A DNA stretch of 64,000 bases from an uncultured Chthoniobacterales bacterium (GTDB lineage: Bacteria; Verrucomicrobiota; Verrucomicrobiia; Chthoniobacterales; JAATET01), in contig CAXTSM010000016.1 of assembly GCA_964247025.1 (NCBI GenBank), positions 8,976 through 72,975 of the forward strand. Reading direction: 5' to 3'. The position numbers and the translations under genes are program-made. The notes beneath the pieces were generated by a model. That model saw nothing but the letters and a program-made list of their open reading frames with translations. It was not told the DNA's origin and made no database searches. This document shows positions 28,919 to 39,939 of the stretch, one piece after another. The stretch's first letter is position 1; every line of letters begins with the position of its first letter.

Positions 28919-29117
28919 GCGCCAGATCTCCCTTGCATTCGTTTGCCGTTTTGCTTGATTGCCCGTCGCACGACATAGCCCAGCCGGGCGTTGGTAGATT
29001 TGCTAGTTGGTATTTGTGGCGCGGTCTTCCGCGAGCTTCCGGTGGTGATTCGAAATTCGGTGATCGAATGCCGCGACGGACGCTGAAGTGCTCGAACAAA
29101 TCCAAACCCACAAAATC

Positions 29118-29474
29118 ATGTCCACCAAACTCTACGTCGGAAATCTCTCCTTCAACACGAACGACGGCGACCTCCGCGACGCCTTCTCCGCCGCCGGCAA
29201 CGTCACCGATGTCGCCATTGTCTCCGATCGCGAAACGGGCCGCTCGCGCGGTTTTGCCTTCGTCACGATGGCATCGGCCGAAGAAGCCCAGGCCGCGATC
29301 AATCTTTTCCACGGCAAGGATCTCGACGGCCGCAACCTCACCGTGAACGAGGCTCGTCCCCGCGAGGACTTCGGCCCGAACGCGCCCCGCAAGTCCTTCG
29401 GCGGCGGCGGCAACCGGGGCGGCGGCGGCGGTGGAGATCGCGACCGGGGCGGACGGCCCCAGCGCCGCTATTAA
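29118..29474 (+). CDS. RRM-type RNA-binding protein with Gly/Arg-rich tail
   Basis: RNP2 KLYVGNL and RNP1 RGFAFVTM. The C-terminal tail is [28 protein letters not shown] 29118 is preferred to the GTG at 29088. Confidence 0.9.
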   Translation: MSTKLYVGNLSFNTNDGDLRDAFSAAGNVTDVAIVSDRETGRSRGFAFVTMASAEEAQAAINLFHGKDLDGRNLTVNEARPREDFGPNAPRKSFGGGGNRGGGGGGDRDRGGRPQRRY

Positions 29475-29544
29475 TCCCGTGGCGTGGGCGTCCTGCCCAT
29501 GAGCCATCGCACGATCACCGCCAGGATGGCCGTGCCCCTCTGGG

Positions 29545-29574
29545 AAACGCCCCGCCTCACCGCGGGGCGTTTTC
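29545..29574. terminator. bidirectional intrinsic terminator between convergent genes
   Basis: GAAA-AACGCCCCGC (29546-29555), loop CTCACC, GCGGGGCGTT (29562-29571), then TT. This is a 10-bp GC-rich perfect stem with an A-tract before and a T-tract after. Confidence 0.8.
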
Positions 29575-29581
29575 GCGTCCG

Positions 29582-30112
29582 TCATCCGGGATGCCACTCC
29601 GTCTCGCTCGTCCCGCTCAGGAGATTCTCGAACCGGGCCAGGGTGAACAGAAAGTCAGACAGCCGATTGAGATAAATTCCGACTTCGTTCCCGGCGTCGT
29701 CGACCCGCAGCGCCCGCCGCTCCGCGCGGCGGGCCATCGTGCGGGCGACCTGAAGCTGCGCCGCCGCCAGGGTGCCGCCCGGCAGGATGAACGCTTTCAG
29801 TTCGGGCAGCCGGGCGGTCATGAGGTCGATCTCCGTCTCCAGCCACCGGATGTCCGCCGCGTCGATCCGCGCAATGGGGCGGGAGCCGGTCGGCGTGGCG
29901 AGGTCCGCCCCGAGCTTGAAAAGCTGACGCTGCACGGCATCGAGCAATGTCGCGACCGCCGGCTGCGCGCCGCCCGCCCGGGCGACCCCGAGCGCCGCGT
30001 TCAATTCGTCCACCGCGCCGTAGGCCTCCACGCGCGCGTGGGTTTTCGGCACCCGATCGCCGGAAAAAAGCCCCGTCGTGCCGTCATCGCCGGTGCGCGT
30101 GTAGATTTTCAT
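29582..30112 (-). CDS. ATP:cob(I)alamin adenosyltransferase, PduO type
   Basis: MKIYTRTGDDGTTGLFSGDRVPK...RVEAYGAVDELNA... Confidence 0.9.
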   Translation of the reverse strand: MKIYTRTGDDGTTGLFSGDRVPKTHARVEAYGAVDELNAALGVARAGGAQPAVATLLDAVQRQLFKLGADLATPTGSRPIARIDAADIRWLETEIDLMTARLPELKAFILPGGTLAAAQLQVARTMARRAERRALRVDDAGNEVGIYLNRLSDFLFTLARFENLLSGTSETEWHPG

Positions 30113-30124
30113 GCCGGCCGGCCG

Positions 30125-30976
30125 CTATTTTCCTTCCATCGCCACGGACACCGTCTGCCCGATGCGCAGGGGCACGGGCGATTTCCCGACGACCTTGATG
30201 CGGACGGGAAACCTCTGCGGCAGGCGCACCCAATCGATGGTTTGCGACACCTGCGGGATCAACTCGACCGTCGCGCCGTCGGAAAGAAACACCGCCCAAC
30301 CCGTGCTTTCGACCACGCCCTCGAACGATGCCGACGCGTGTCCCATGAGCGTGAGACGAACCTTGTCCCCTGGCCGCACGCTGGAAATCTGCGTCTCCTT
30401 GAAATATCCCGCGACCCAGAAGGAACTGGCATCCACCAGCGCGAGCAACTGCTCGCCGGCGTTCACGTAGGTGCCGGGGCTCGTGTTCACGTTCGTCAAG
30501 TAGCCGTCCACCGGCGCGTAGACGCGCGTGTAATCGAGGTTCAGCTGCGCCGTCGTAAGCTGGGCCTTGGCGGCCGCGACGTTCGCGGTGGACGCGTCAT
30601 ACTGGTCTTGCGCGTTCTGATATTCCTGCTGGCCGACGACGCTGGTTTTATAGAGCTCCGTCTGCCGGTCGAGATTCTGCTGCGCCTGGAGGGCGTCCGA
30701 TTGTGCCTGCTGAAGCTTCGCGGCCGCCATGTCGACCGCCGCCTGGAAGGTCGCCGGATCGATCGCGAACAACAGGTCGCCCTTCTTGACCGGCTGGTTG
30801 TCCTTGACGGGAATCTCGATGACCGGCCCCGCCACCCGCGGCGCGATGCCGACGATGTTCGCGCGCACCTGGCCGTCGCGCGTCCACGGGATCGAATAGT
30901 AGCGCTGGTAGAGGAGAGAGGCCGCCCCGAGCGCGAGCAGCACGGTGGCAAGGGTGATCGCGTGGCGGGATTTCAT
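30125..30976 (-). CDS. HlyD-family efflux membrane-fusion protein (AaeA-like)
   Basis: TM anchor, then ...VRANIVGIAPRVAGPVIEIPVKDNQPVKKGDLLFAIDP, a coiled-coil hairpin, and YTRVYAPVDGY. ATG 30976 overlaps the stop of the upstream small gene (ATGA). Confidence 0.85.
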   Translation of the reverse strand: MKSRHAITLATVLLALGAASLLYQRYYSIPWTRDGQVRANIVGIAPRVAGPVIEIPVKDNQPVKKGDLLFAIDPATFQAAVDMAAAKLQQAQSDALQAQQNLDRQTELYKTSVVGQQEYQNAQDQYDASTANVAAAKAQLTTAQLNLDYTRVYAPVDGYLTNVNTSPGTYVNAGEQLLALVDASSFWVAGYFKETQISSVRPGDKVRLTLMGHASASFEGVVESTGWAVFLSDGATVELIPQVSQTIDWVRLPQRFPVRIKVVGKSPVPLRIGQTVSVAMEGK

Positions 30977-31185
30977 GGCGCAAGCGCAAGGCCGATAGCG
31001 GAGTAGAAGAGCACGACCAGCGCGAGAAAAAACAATGGCAGGTGCCAGATGTGCCGCGTGAGCCGCCGGTGCTCGAGCGCCCGCACGACGATCCACGCCG
31101 CAAGGTAGGCAAAGACGCCGATCACGATCCACCACGGCACGAAGGTGCCCAGGACGTCGATTTCCGCGTTGGTGAGAACATCCAT
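30973..31185 (-). CDS. DUF1656 (AaeX-like) small membrane protein
   Basis: 70 aa, two TM helices (MDVLTNAEIDVLGTFVPWWIVIGVFAYLAAWIVV...). It sits immediately upstream of the HlyD gene, as in aaeXA. Confidence 0.7.
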   Translation of the reverse strand: MDVLTNAEIDVLGTFVPWWIVIGVFAYLAAWIVVRALEHRRLTRHIWHLPLFFLALVVLFYSAIGLALAP

Positions 31186-31189
31186 TCCA

Positions 31190-31294
31190 TCCGCAGATTT
31201 CGCAGGTTTACGCCGACTTGGGAAAAGGCATTTTGCAGAAACGCTCCAATCGAGACTCCTGTATTTATCGGCGAAAGTCTGCGAAATCTGCGGA
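31190..31294. promoter_or_regulatory. 16-bp perfect inverted repeat bracketing a divergent intergenic region
   Basis: TCCGCAGATTTCGCAG (31190-31205) is the exact reverse complement of CTGCGAAATCTGCGGA (31279-31294). Each arm ends 4-5 nt from one of the two divergent start codons (31185 minus, 31300 plus). Confidence 0.85.
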
Positions 31295-31299
31295 CCATC

Positions 31300-33483
31300 A
31301 TGCCCGCCGAGACTTTCCCCAGCATGCCGGTGCGGCAGGGCATCAAGATGGCGCTCGCGGGCGTCATCGGCTTCGCCATCGCGCTGTGGATGCGGCTGCC
31401 GAGCCCGACGTGGTGCATCTTTACGGTGGTCGTGCTGATGCTGGCCCAATACGTCGGCGCGATCGCGGAGAAGGCCATGCTGCGCGCGATCGGCACCCTG
31501 GTCGGCGCCTGCCTCGGCATCCTGCTGGTCGGAAATTTCGCCACGAACCCGCCGGTGATCGTCGTCGGCATCTTCCTCATCGCGACGATCGGCACGATGA
31601 TGTTCGGCGGCAACCGCTACCCCTACGCGTTTTTCCTCGGGGCGCTCACGACCCTCGTGGTCGTCGGCAACACGATGGAATCGCCCGCGAACGCCTGGCA
31701 CATCGGAATAAATCGCATCCTCGAGATCACGCTCGGCATCGTGGTTTCGACGGCCGTGACCAGCGTGGTCTGGCCGCGTTACGCCCGCGTGGAGTTCCAG
31801 AACAGCTTCCGTGCGACGCTGGCGGAAGCCGGCCGCGTCGCGTCGGTCCGGAGCCGGCGCCTGCTGGACGCGGAGGAAACCAGCCTCGCGCTCTCGGCGG
31901 AGGAGCTTCGTTTTTCCACCCGCATGAACACCCTGCGCCTGCTCCTCCGTTACGGGCAGCGGGAAAGCGAATACTTCCGGGTCAAGCTGCCGCTCCGTCG
32001 ACAGATGACCGCGGAGCTCGGCGCGCTTTTCGAGGCCGCCGAGAGCCTCGGCCAGCGCCTGCCCGGGCAATCGCGCTACCGCGACCTTTTCGGCGCGGAA
32101 CTCCGCGCTCTCCACGCGGAGATCGAGCGGGAGTTCGAAAGCCTCGTGACCTACCGGGAGGACATCGACCCCGTCAATCCCACCCTCGTCTCGGCGATGG
32201 AGCGTTGCGAAACCCGCCTGGAGGAGGTCCGCGCGCAGGGCCTGAGCCGGAGCGTTCCCGTGCGGGAAGCCATGGATTTCGCCGCTCATTTCGTGGCGAT
32301 CCTCGACATTGGCGCGCGGCTGCGGGTGATCCGCGATTGCCTCCATCAGATCCACCATACGCCCGAGGTCATCGCGCCGGACCGGCCGTCCCGCCCGGAG
32401 CCTTTTCGCCTCACGGGCTTCTGGATTCGAAACGGAATCAAGGGCGGCGTCACCGCGGCGCTCGCCCTTGTCTACGTGAACTGGATCAATCCTCCCGGCG
32501 GCCTCACCGTGCCTTTTGCGGCGTGGCTGCTTACGGCGACCTCCCGGCTCTATCCCGGCGGCGAGGGTGACCGGCGCGCGTTCAGTTACGTGATCACCGT
32601 GGCGCTGGCCGGCATCCCGGGCGCCGCCCTGCTGTTCGCGCTCACGCCATTTCTCACGGAATACCTGTGGATGAACGTTTTCCTCGCGGCCGGGTTGTTC
32701 GCGCTGGGATTCACGATTGCCCGGGACGGCGGCATCGGGCTCTACACGCAATGCGGCATGCTTTTTTTCATCGGCGGCATCGGCCTGGACCCGCAGAAGG
32801 CGGTCACGTTTCCGCAGATCGTGAACGTCTATTTCGGCGTCGTCATCGCGCTCGTTCTCTCCGCGATCGTTCAGCGGCTGCTTTGGCCCCTGCTCCCGCA
32901 GCGGGAAATTTGCAGCCTCTTCGCGGAGTTCTTCGCCTGCTGCCGGCAGCTTGTCGAGCCGGCCGGAAAAAACTTCGCGGCCTTTCCGGAGGAGCGCATC
33001 GCCCTCATTCCGCCGGAGCTCGCGGCCTGGGTGCGCGTCGCGACCACGCCGGAATATCCCGCCGGGGAACGCGAAAAACTTCTCGCCCTTCTGCAGAGCG
33101 CTGAGCGGCTCGGGTATTGCCTGCTCTCCACGCGTGAGCTTGCCCGGATCGAGGTGCCCGCCGAGGTCGTCGAACGGCTCGCGGAGCGCATCGCCGCGAT
33201 GCAAAAAGGCTTCCTCGAGGTGCTCACCGCGCTCGAAGCCGCGTTTCGAAGCGAAACCTCCTTCGAGCCTCCCGCCTCGCAATTGGCCGCCTTCGCCTCG
33301 CTCGAACGGGACCTCGGCGAGATCCGCCAGCGCTATCTGTCCGGAGCCCTGAATTTCTCCGGGGCCGTCCCCTATTTCGGCGCGCTCAATTTTCTCGAGG
33401 AGGCGGCCCTCACGATCGATCGATGCGGCGAACAAATCCGCGGGCTGAGCCTGGATCGTTATCGCGGCGACTATGCGCTCTGA
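31300..33483 (+). CDS. FUSC-family (fusaric acid resistance / AaeB-like) efflux protein
   Basis: Two multi-TM halves separated by a large cytoplasmic helical region. N-terminus ...VRQGIKMALAGVIGFAIALWMRLPSPTWCIFTVVVLM... ATG 31300. Confidence 0.8.
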   Translation: MPAETFPSMPVRQGIKMALAGVIGFAIALWMRLPSPTWCIFTVVVLMLAQYVGAIAEKAMLRAIGTLVGACLGILLVGNFATNPPVIVVGIFLIATIGTMMFGGNRYPYAFFLGALTTLVVVGNTMESPANAWHIGINRILEITLGIVVSTAVTSVVWPRYARVEFQNSFRATLAEAGRVASVRSRRLLDAEETSLALSAEELRFSTRMNTLRLLLRYGQRESEYFRVKLPLRRQMTAELGALFEAAESLGQRLPGQSRYRDLFGAELRALHAEIEREFESLVTYREDIDPVNPTLVSAMERCETRLEEVRAQGLSRSVPVREAMDFAAHFVAILDIGARLRVIRDCLHQIHHTPEVIAPDRPSRPEPFRLTGFWIRNGIKGGVTAALALVYVNWINPPGGLTVPFAAWLLTATSRLYPGGEGDRRAFSYVITVALAGIPGAALLFALTPFLTEYLWMNVFLAAGLFALGFTIARDGGIGLYTQCGMLFFIGGIGLDPQKAVTFPQIVNVYFGVVIALVLSAIVQRLLWPLLPQREICSLFAEFFACCRQLVEPAGKNFAAFPEERIALIPPELAAWVRVATTPEYPAGEREKLLALLQSAERLGYCLLSTRELARIEVPAEVVERLAERIAAMQKGFLEVLTALEAAFRSETSFEPPASQLAAFASLERDLGEIRQRYLSGALNFSGAVPYFGALNFLEEAALTIDRCGEQIRGLSLDRYRGDYAL

Positions 33484-34691
33484 CCGTTGATGTAAACGGC
33501 CACGGGCGGCGCGCGGTTTTCCACCACCGCTTCCAACGCGTCCCCGGGAGCCCCGCCAAAAGGCAGCGTGATGAAATCGCCGCGCGCCCCCACGCTGAGC
33601 TCGCCGAAGTTTCCGGCCCGGCCCAGCGCCGCGGCGGGATGACGCGTGACCATCTCGATCAACTCCCCCGGGCTTACGCCGTCGTTCTTCCGCCGGAAGG
33701 TCTGCATCTCGTCGAAAAGATTCAACCCGCGGTTGCTCGCGCAGCTATCCGTGCCCAGGCTGATGCGAAGACCGAGATCGCGCAGCGTCGCATAAGGAAA
33801 CGGCTCGCGCTCGAAATAGACGTGGCAGTTCGGGCAATGCACGATCGAGAAACCCCGTCCGTATTCGGCCAGCAGCGCCTCGTCGCCCGGGCCCAGCCGA
33901 TTCAGGTGCGCGAGAATGGCGCCCGGCGGCAACGCGCCCGCCTCGAGAAGATGGCGGATCGGAGTCCGGCCGCCGCAATCACTCATGTCCCGGCCGATGG
34001 ACGCGAGAAAATCGTAGAGCGGTCCGCCGCCTTGTTCGAACATCGCCATTTCCTCGTCGGATTCCGCGAGGTGCGTCGTGAACGGCATGCCGTATTCCTC
34101 CGCGCAGGATCGCGCGAGGCGGTAGAGCTCGAGCGAAGTCGTGTAGGGCGCGTGAGGCGACAGCCCGAAGCCGCCGTGCCACGCGGGGCGCTCTTCGAAG
34201 AACGACAGCGCCCCCGCCACGACTTCCTCGGTGTGGACGCGGTTGCGAATGTCGAGCAGTTCGTAGAACCACCAGGTGCGAATCGGCGGCGGCGGCAGAT
34301 GCACCATGAGCTCGGGCAGGGACTCGATGTTCAGCACCGTCGTGGTGCCCCACTTCTTCAACTCGGCAAAGCCCTCCGCGATGGACGCCAGATAATCCGC
34401 GTCGGTCAGCGTGCGCTTCAGGTCGTTGATGCGACGCACCCAGGCAGAAAAACTCCCGTTCGACAGGATGGATCCCCGCATGACCGTGAAGTCGAGGTGA
34501 CAGTGCGCGTTGATCAAGCCAGGCAGCAGGATCGTCTCGCCGTGATCGACGACTTCCGCGTGGGAGAATCGCACCGCGAGGTCGGCGAACGGCGCAACGG
34601 CGATGATTCTCCGCCCATCGACGGCGACCGCGCCATTCTCGATCGGCGGCGAGGAAACCGGAAGAACGAGGCGCGCGCGGTGCAGAAACAT
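33471..34691 (-). CDS. amidohydrolase-superfamily deaminase/chlorohydrolase-like protein
   Basis: ...LLPGLINAHCHLDFT... (HxH metal motif), ...THLAESDEE..., ...SLGTDS... ATG 34691. Substrate unknown; it may resemble aminofutalosine or MTA/SAH deaminases. Confidence 0.8.
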   Translation of the reverse strand: MFLHRARLVLPVSSPPIENGAVAVDGRRIIAVAPFADLAVRFSHAEVVDHGETILLPGLINAHCHLDFTVMRGSILSNGSFSAWVRRINDLKRTLTDADYLASIAEGFAELKKWGTTTVLNIESLPELMVHLPPPPIRTWWFYELLDIRNRVHTEEVVAGALSFFEERPAWHGGFGLSPHAPYTTSLELYRLARSCAEEYGMPFTTHLAESDEEMAMFEQGGGPLYDFLASIGRDMSDCGGRTPIRHLLEAGALPPGAILAHLNRLGPGDEALLAEYGRGFSIVHCPNCHVYFEREPFPYATLRDLGLRISLGTDSCASNRGLNLFDEMQTFRRKNDGVSPGELIEMVTRHPAAALGRAGNFGELSVGARGDFITLPFGGAPGDALEAVVENRAPPVAVYINGQSA

Positions 34692-34786
34692 GGAGAACAC
34701 GGGGAGGCAAACGCGACGATGCGCTCGCGATTGATTACCTTTCCGCCGTGCCCCGCGCGAATAAAAATCCGCGCGGCGGCGAGCGG

Positions 34787-35386
34787 TCACGGGCTTTTCG
34801 GCAGATTTTCCCGGGCGAGGGGCCGGCACGCGGCCACCAGAAGGTTGCAGGCCTCCACGCAAAGCACCGGGATCGTCGTTGCGGATTCCCGGGCGGTGTC
34901 CGCCGGGAAATCCACGGAATCGATCCGCCAGAGCCGTGGGCGCAGGCAGCCCCGCTCGCAGGTTTTTCCGATGAGTTCCGTCGCCTGGTCGTCGCGGAGC
35001 AGTTGCGTCACGCGATACATGCCGGTCTGTCGCGCGAGCGTCTCGCGCAGGGCGACGGGACGAAGCTCGCCGCGGTGCGCGGCCAGCCAGGTGCCGAGCG
35101 CGGCGGGGTAGAACAGGTCGAGCGCGAGCCGCAAGGCGTCGATGTCCGCGAGGCCCAACCGCCAGCCGCGGCGCAGATTCGGCGCGGTCTTCAGCGGACG
35201 GTAATTTCCCGCCGCGTCGTATTTCGCGATTTCGCGCGCGTCCTCGGGCCGCGTGAAGACTTCGGGGGTCGCCGCGGTCGCGTCGTCGACGTGACGCAGT
35301 TCAAAATTGGGCGAAACATGGATCTGCCCGATCAACCAGTCACCTGCGTCGCATTGGCGCCGAAGAAAATCGCGAACCGGGGACAT
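34787..35386 (-). CDS. conserved hypothetical protein with Cys-rich C-terminus (possible Fe-S; vaguely DR2241-like)
   Basis: 199-aa ORF with coding-like composition. Cys pattern C-x3-C ... C-x3-C-x6-C near the C-terminus. Family not securely recognised. Confidence 0.5.
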   Translation of the reverse strand: MSPVRDFLRRQCDAGDWLIGQIHVSPNFELRHVDDATAATPEVFTRPEDAREIAKYDAAGNYRPLKTAPNLRRGWRLGLADIDALRLALDLFYPAALGTWLAAHRGELRPVALRETLARQTGMYRVTQLLRDDQATELIGKTCERGCLRPRLWRIDSVDFPADTARESATTIPVLCVEACNLLVAACRPLARENLPKSP

Positions 35387-35411
35387 CGTTTCGATCCCGC
35401 CCGACGCGGGA

Positions 35412-35822
35412 CTAGCTGCGCTTGCGGCGCTTGACCTTGAGCTGCGCGAGCGACTTGAGCATGACGGCTTGGGCGGAGGCGTGGTCTTCGTCGCTGATCT
35501 GGTCGTCCTTCAACGCCTCCTGCGCGCGCTTGATCGCGGCCTCGGCGGCGGTTTCGTCGATGTCCGATTCGTTGATCGCCATGTCGGTGAGCACGGAAAC
35601 CGTCGTCGGGGTGATCTCCACGAAACCTTCGCCCACCGCGAGCACGATTTCCCGGCCCTGCTTCATCACGCGCAGCTCGCCGGCCGAAAGTCCCGTGAGG
35701 AGCGGCATGTGCTCGGGCAGCACGCCGAGTTCGCCCTCGGATCCGGGCACGAGCACGGAGTCGACGTCGTCGGAGTAGATCTTCGCCTCGGGGGTGACGA
35801 TTTCGAGTTTGAGGGTAGCCAT
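35412..35822 (-). CDS. atpC: F0F1 ATP synthase subunit epsilon
   Basis: MATLKLEIVTPEAKIYSDDVDSVLVPGSEGELGVLPEHMPLLT... Last gene of the atp operon. Confidence 0.93.
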   Translation of the reverse strand: MATLKLEIVTPEAKIYSDDVDSVLVPGSEGELGVLPEHMPLLTGLSAGELRVMKQGREIVLAVGEGFVEITPTTVSVLTDMAINESDIDETAAEAAIKRAQEALKDDQISDEDHASAQAVMLKSLAQLKVKRRKRS

Positions 35823-35831
35823 TGGAATTTC

Positions 35832-35902
35832 TTAACCACTGAGACACAGAGGCACCGAGGAGACGGAATTTTCGAGGACTCCGGGTCTCCGTGCCTCCGC
35901 GG
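35832..35902 (-). other. intercistronic imperfect hairpin (atpD-atpC spacer) whose 3' arm ends ...CAGTGGTTAA
   Basis: GAGGCACCGAGGAGAC (35849-35864) pairs with GTCTCCGTGCCTC (35885-35897) as 7+6 bp with a 3-nt bulge. On the mRNA strand the 3' arm reads CCTCGGTG CCTCTGTG TCTCAGTGGTTAA, ending 9 nt before the atpC ATG. Confidence 0.6.
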
Positions 35903-35906
35903 TCGC

Positions 35907-37415
<1,509 letters not shown>

Positions 37416-37421
37416 AAGTTT

Positions 37422-38282
37422 CTAGGCCAGCGCCATTTGCGCGGTGGTGATTTCGAGGAGTTCGTTGGTGATCGCGGCCTGGCGCACCTTGTTGTATTCC
37501 AACGTGAGATCCTTCACGAGGTTCTTGGCGTTATCGGTCGCGTTCTTCATCGCGACCATGCGGGCGCTGTGCTCGGACGCGCGGGCGTCGAGCACGGCCT
37601 GGTAGACGCCGTAGTGGATGTAGTAGGGCAGCAGCTTGTCGAGGACGGCCTCCTCGTCGGGCTCGAAGATGAACTGCGCGCCGTCGTCCGTTTGCGTCTC
37701 TTCGAATTCTTTGTTCACCGGCAGCGCGGCGAGTGGAAGCACCGTCGCGGCGCGCGGCTCCTGGTTGAGCGTGTTCACGAAACGCGAGAAGAGAATCGTC
37801 ACCTTGTCGACCTCCCCGCCAAGAAACTTCTCCACGAGGAACTTCGAGACCTGTTTGACCTCCAGGAAGCTCGCCTGGTCCGAGACCTCGTAATCGGCGA
37901 GCAGGTTTCGCTTCGTGCGCGCAAGGAATTGCCGGCCCTTGCGCCCGATGCTCACGAAGTCGGTTTTGGCGGCGTCGAACTTCAAGGCCTCGCGGAAGAG
38001 ATTCGTGTTGAGGCCGCCGCAAAGGCCCTTGTCCGTGCTGACGACGAGGACGAGTTCCTTTCTTACCTCGCGGTTCTCGAGCAGCGGGTGCGCCGTGGGA
38101 TTCACGCGGCCGTGCAGCGAGACCAGCATCCGGTTCAACAGCTGGACATACGGATGCCCGGCGAGCGCATGGGCCTGCGCCTTCCGCATCTTCGACGCGG
38201 CGACCATCTGCATGGCCTTCGTGATCTGGGCCGTATTCTTGACGGACTTGATGCGCCGTCGGATGTCGCGGGTGGAGGGCAT
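37422..38282 (-). CDS. atpG: F0F1 ATP synthase subunit gamma
   Basis: MPSTRDIRRRIKSVKNTAQITKAMQMVAASKMRKAQ... and C-terminal ...ITNELLEITTAQMAL. Confidence 0.95.
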   Translation of the reverse strand: MPSTRDIRRRIKSVKNTAQITKAMQMVAASKMRKAQAHALAGHPYVQLLNRMLVSLHGRVNPTAHPLLENREVRKELVLVVSTDKGLCGGLNTNLFREALKFDAAKTDFVSIGRKGRQFLARTKRNLLADYEVSDQASFLEVKQVSKFLVEKFLGGEVDKVTILFSRFVNTLNQEPRAATVLPLAALPVNKEFEETQTDDGAQFIFEPDEEAVLDKLLPYYIHYGVYQAVLDARASEHSARMVAMKNATDNAKNLVKDLTLEYNKVRQAAITNELLEITTAQMALA

Positions 38283-38291
38283 GTTATTTTA

Positions 38292-38380
38292 GTCCGCAGA
38301 TTTCACGGGTGGGCGCCGATCTGATCCGGGAGAATCGAAGCCTTTTCATCAATCTGCGAAAATCTGCTTAATCTGCGGAT
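38292..38380 (-). other. intercistronic hairpin (atpA-atpG spacer) built on AATCTGC repeats
   Basis: TCCGCAGATT (38293-38302) is the exact complement of AATCTGCGGA (38370-38379). AATCTGC occurs three times in tandem (38351, 38361, 38370). Confidence 0.6.
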
Positions 38381-38391
38381 CGACGGGATTT

Positions 38392-39927
38392 TTACTTGAA
38401 GAGGTTCTTGAACTCGTCGAGGGCGGTCTTCATCTCGGCCTCGAGTTCCTTGTCGAATGCTTTCTTGACGACGATCTTGGAGAGCAATTCCGTTTTGCGG
38501 GTCGTGAGGAATTCCTGGAGCTTGTTCTGGAATTCCTTCACCCGATCGACCGGGATCGCGTCGATGTAGCCATTTTGCATCGCGAAGAGGACCGAAGCCT
38601 GCAGCTCGACCGGCATCGGGCTGTAGTGCGCCTGCTTGAAGAGCTCGACGATGCGCTGGCCGCGGTCGAGCGTCGCCTTCGTGCGGGCGTCGAGGTCGGA
38701 GCCGAACTGCGCGAAGGCCGCGAGCTCGCGATACTGGGCGAGGTCGCCCTTGATCTTGCCGGCGACCTGCTTCATCGCCTTGATCTGCGCGGCGGAACCG
38801 ACGCGCGAGACCGAGAGGCCGACGGAGACCGCCGGGCGGATGCCCTGGTAGAACAAGTCGGTCTCGAGGTAGATCTGGCCGTCGGTGATCGAGATGACGT
38901 TCGTCGGAATGTACGCCGACACGTCGCCGGCCTGCGTCTCGATGATCGGAAGCGCGGTGAGCGAGCCGTTGCCGTATTTTTCGCCGACGCGGGCGGAACG
39001 CTCCAACAAGCGGCTGTGAAGGTAGAACACGTCTCCGGGATACGCCTCGCGGCCGGAGGGGCGCTTGAGGAGCAGCGAGACCTGGCGGTAGGCGACGGCA
39101 TGCTTCGAGAGGTCGTCGAACACGATGAGCGCGTCCATGCCGTTGTCCATGAACCACTCGCCCATCGCGGCTCCGGCGAACGGGGCGATGTATTGGTTCG
39201 TGGCGGAGTCGGAGGCGGAGGCCGAAACGATGATCGTGTATTTGAGCGCGTCGTTGTCCTCGAGCGTCTTCACGACGCGGGCGATGTTCGCGTTTTTCTG
39301 GCCGACGGCGACGTAGATGGAATACATCGGGCGGAAATCCTTTTCGCCCGCGGCCTCGGCGGCCTTGTTCGCGTTCGACTGGTTGATGATCGTGTCGATC
39401 GCGATCGTCGTCTTGCCGGTCGCGCGGTCCCCGATGATGAGCTCGCGCTGGCCGCGGCCGATGGGAATCATCGCGTCCACCGCCATGATGCCGGTCTGCA
39501 CCGGCTGGCTGACGGATTTGCGGCGGATGATGCCGGGCGCGATCTTTTCCAGCGGATAAGTCACGTCGGACGGCACGTCGCCCTTGCCGTCGATCGGCAG
39601 GCCAAGCGAGTCCACGACGCGGCCGAGGAGGCCCTTGCCGACGGGCACGGAGAGCAGCCGGCCCGTGGTCTTGACCTCGTCACCCTCGCGGACCTTCGTG
39701 TAATCGCCGAGGATGATCGCGCCGACCTCGGTTTCCTCGAGGTTCAACGCGATGCCGTAGAGCCCGCCGGGAAACTCGAGCAACTCGTTGAGCATCGCGT
39801 CGCTGAGGCCCTCGATGCGGGCCACGCCGTCGCCGACCTCGCGGACCGTGCCGACGTTCGTCTTCGTGGTGGAGGCGCTTTGGAGGCCCTGAATCTTGGA
39901 TTCGAGTTCTTGAAGAATGCTGCTCAT
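38392..39927 (-). CDS. atpA: F0F1 ATP synthase subunit alpha
   Basis: Walker A GDRATGKT, 511 aa, typical N- and C-termini. Confidence 0.97.
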   Translation of the reverse strand: MSSILQELESKIQGLQSASTTKTNVGTVREVGDGVARIEGLSDAMLNELLEFPGGLYGIALNLEETEVGAIILGDYTKVREGDEVKTTGRLLSVPVGKGLLGRVVDSLGLPIDGKGDVPSDVTYPLEKIAPGIIRRKSVSQPVQTGIMAVDAMIPIGRGQRELIIGDRATGKTTIAIDTIINQSNANKAAEAAGEKDFRPMYSIYVAVGQKNANIARVVKTLEDNDALKYTIIVSASASDSATNQYIAPFAGAAMGEWFMDNGMDALIVFDDLSKHAVAYRQVSLLLKRPSGREAYPGDVFYLHSRLLERSARVGEKYGNGSLTALPIIETQAGDVSAYIPTNVISITDGQIYLETDLFYQGIRPAVSVGLSVSRVGSAAQIKAMKQVAGKIKGDLAQYRELAAFAQFGSDLDARTKATLDRGQRIVELFKQAHYSPMPVELQASVLFAMQNGYIDAIPVDRVKEFQNKLQEFLTTRKTELLSKIVVKKAFDKELEAEMKTALDEFKNLFK

Positions 39928-39939
39928 TGCCGGTGGTCG

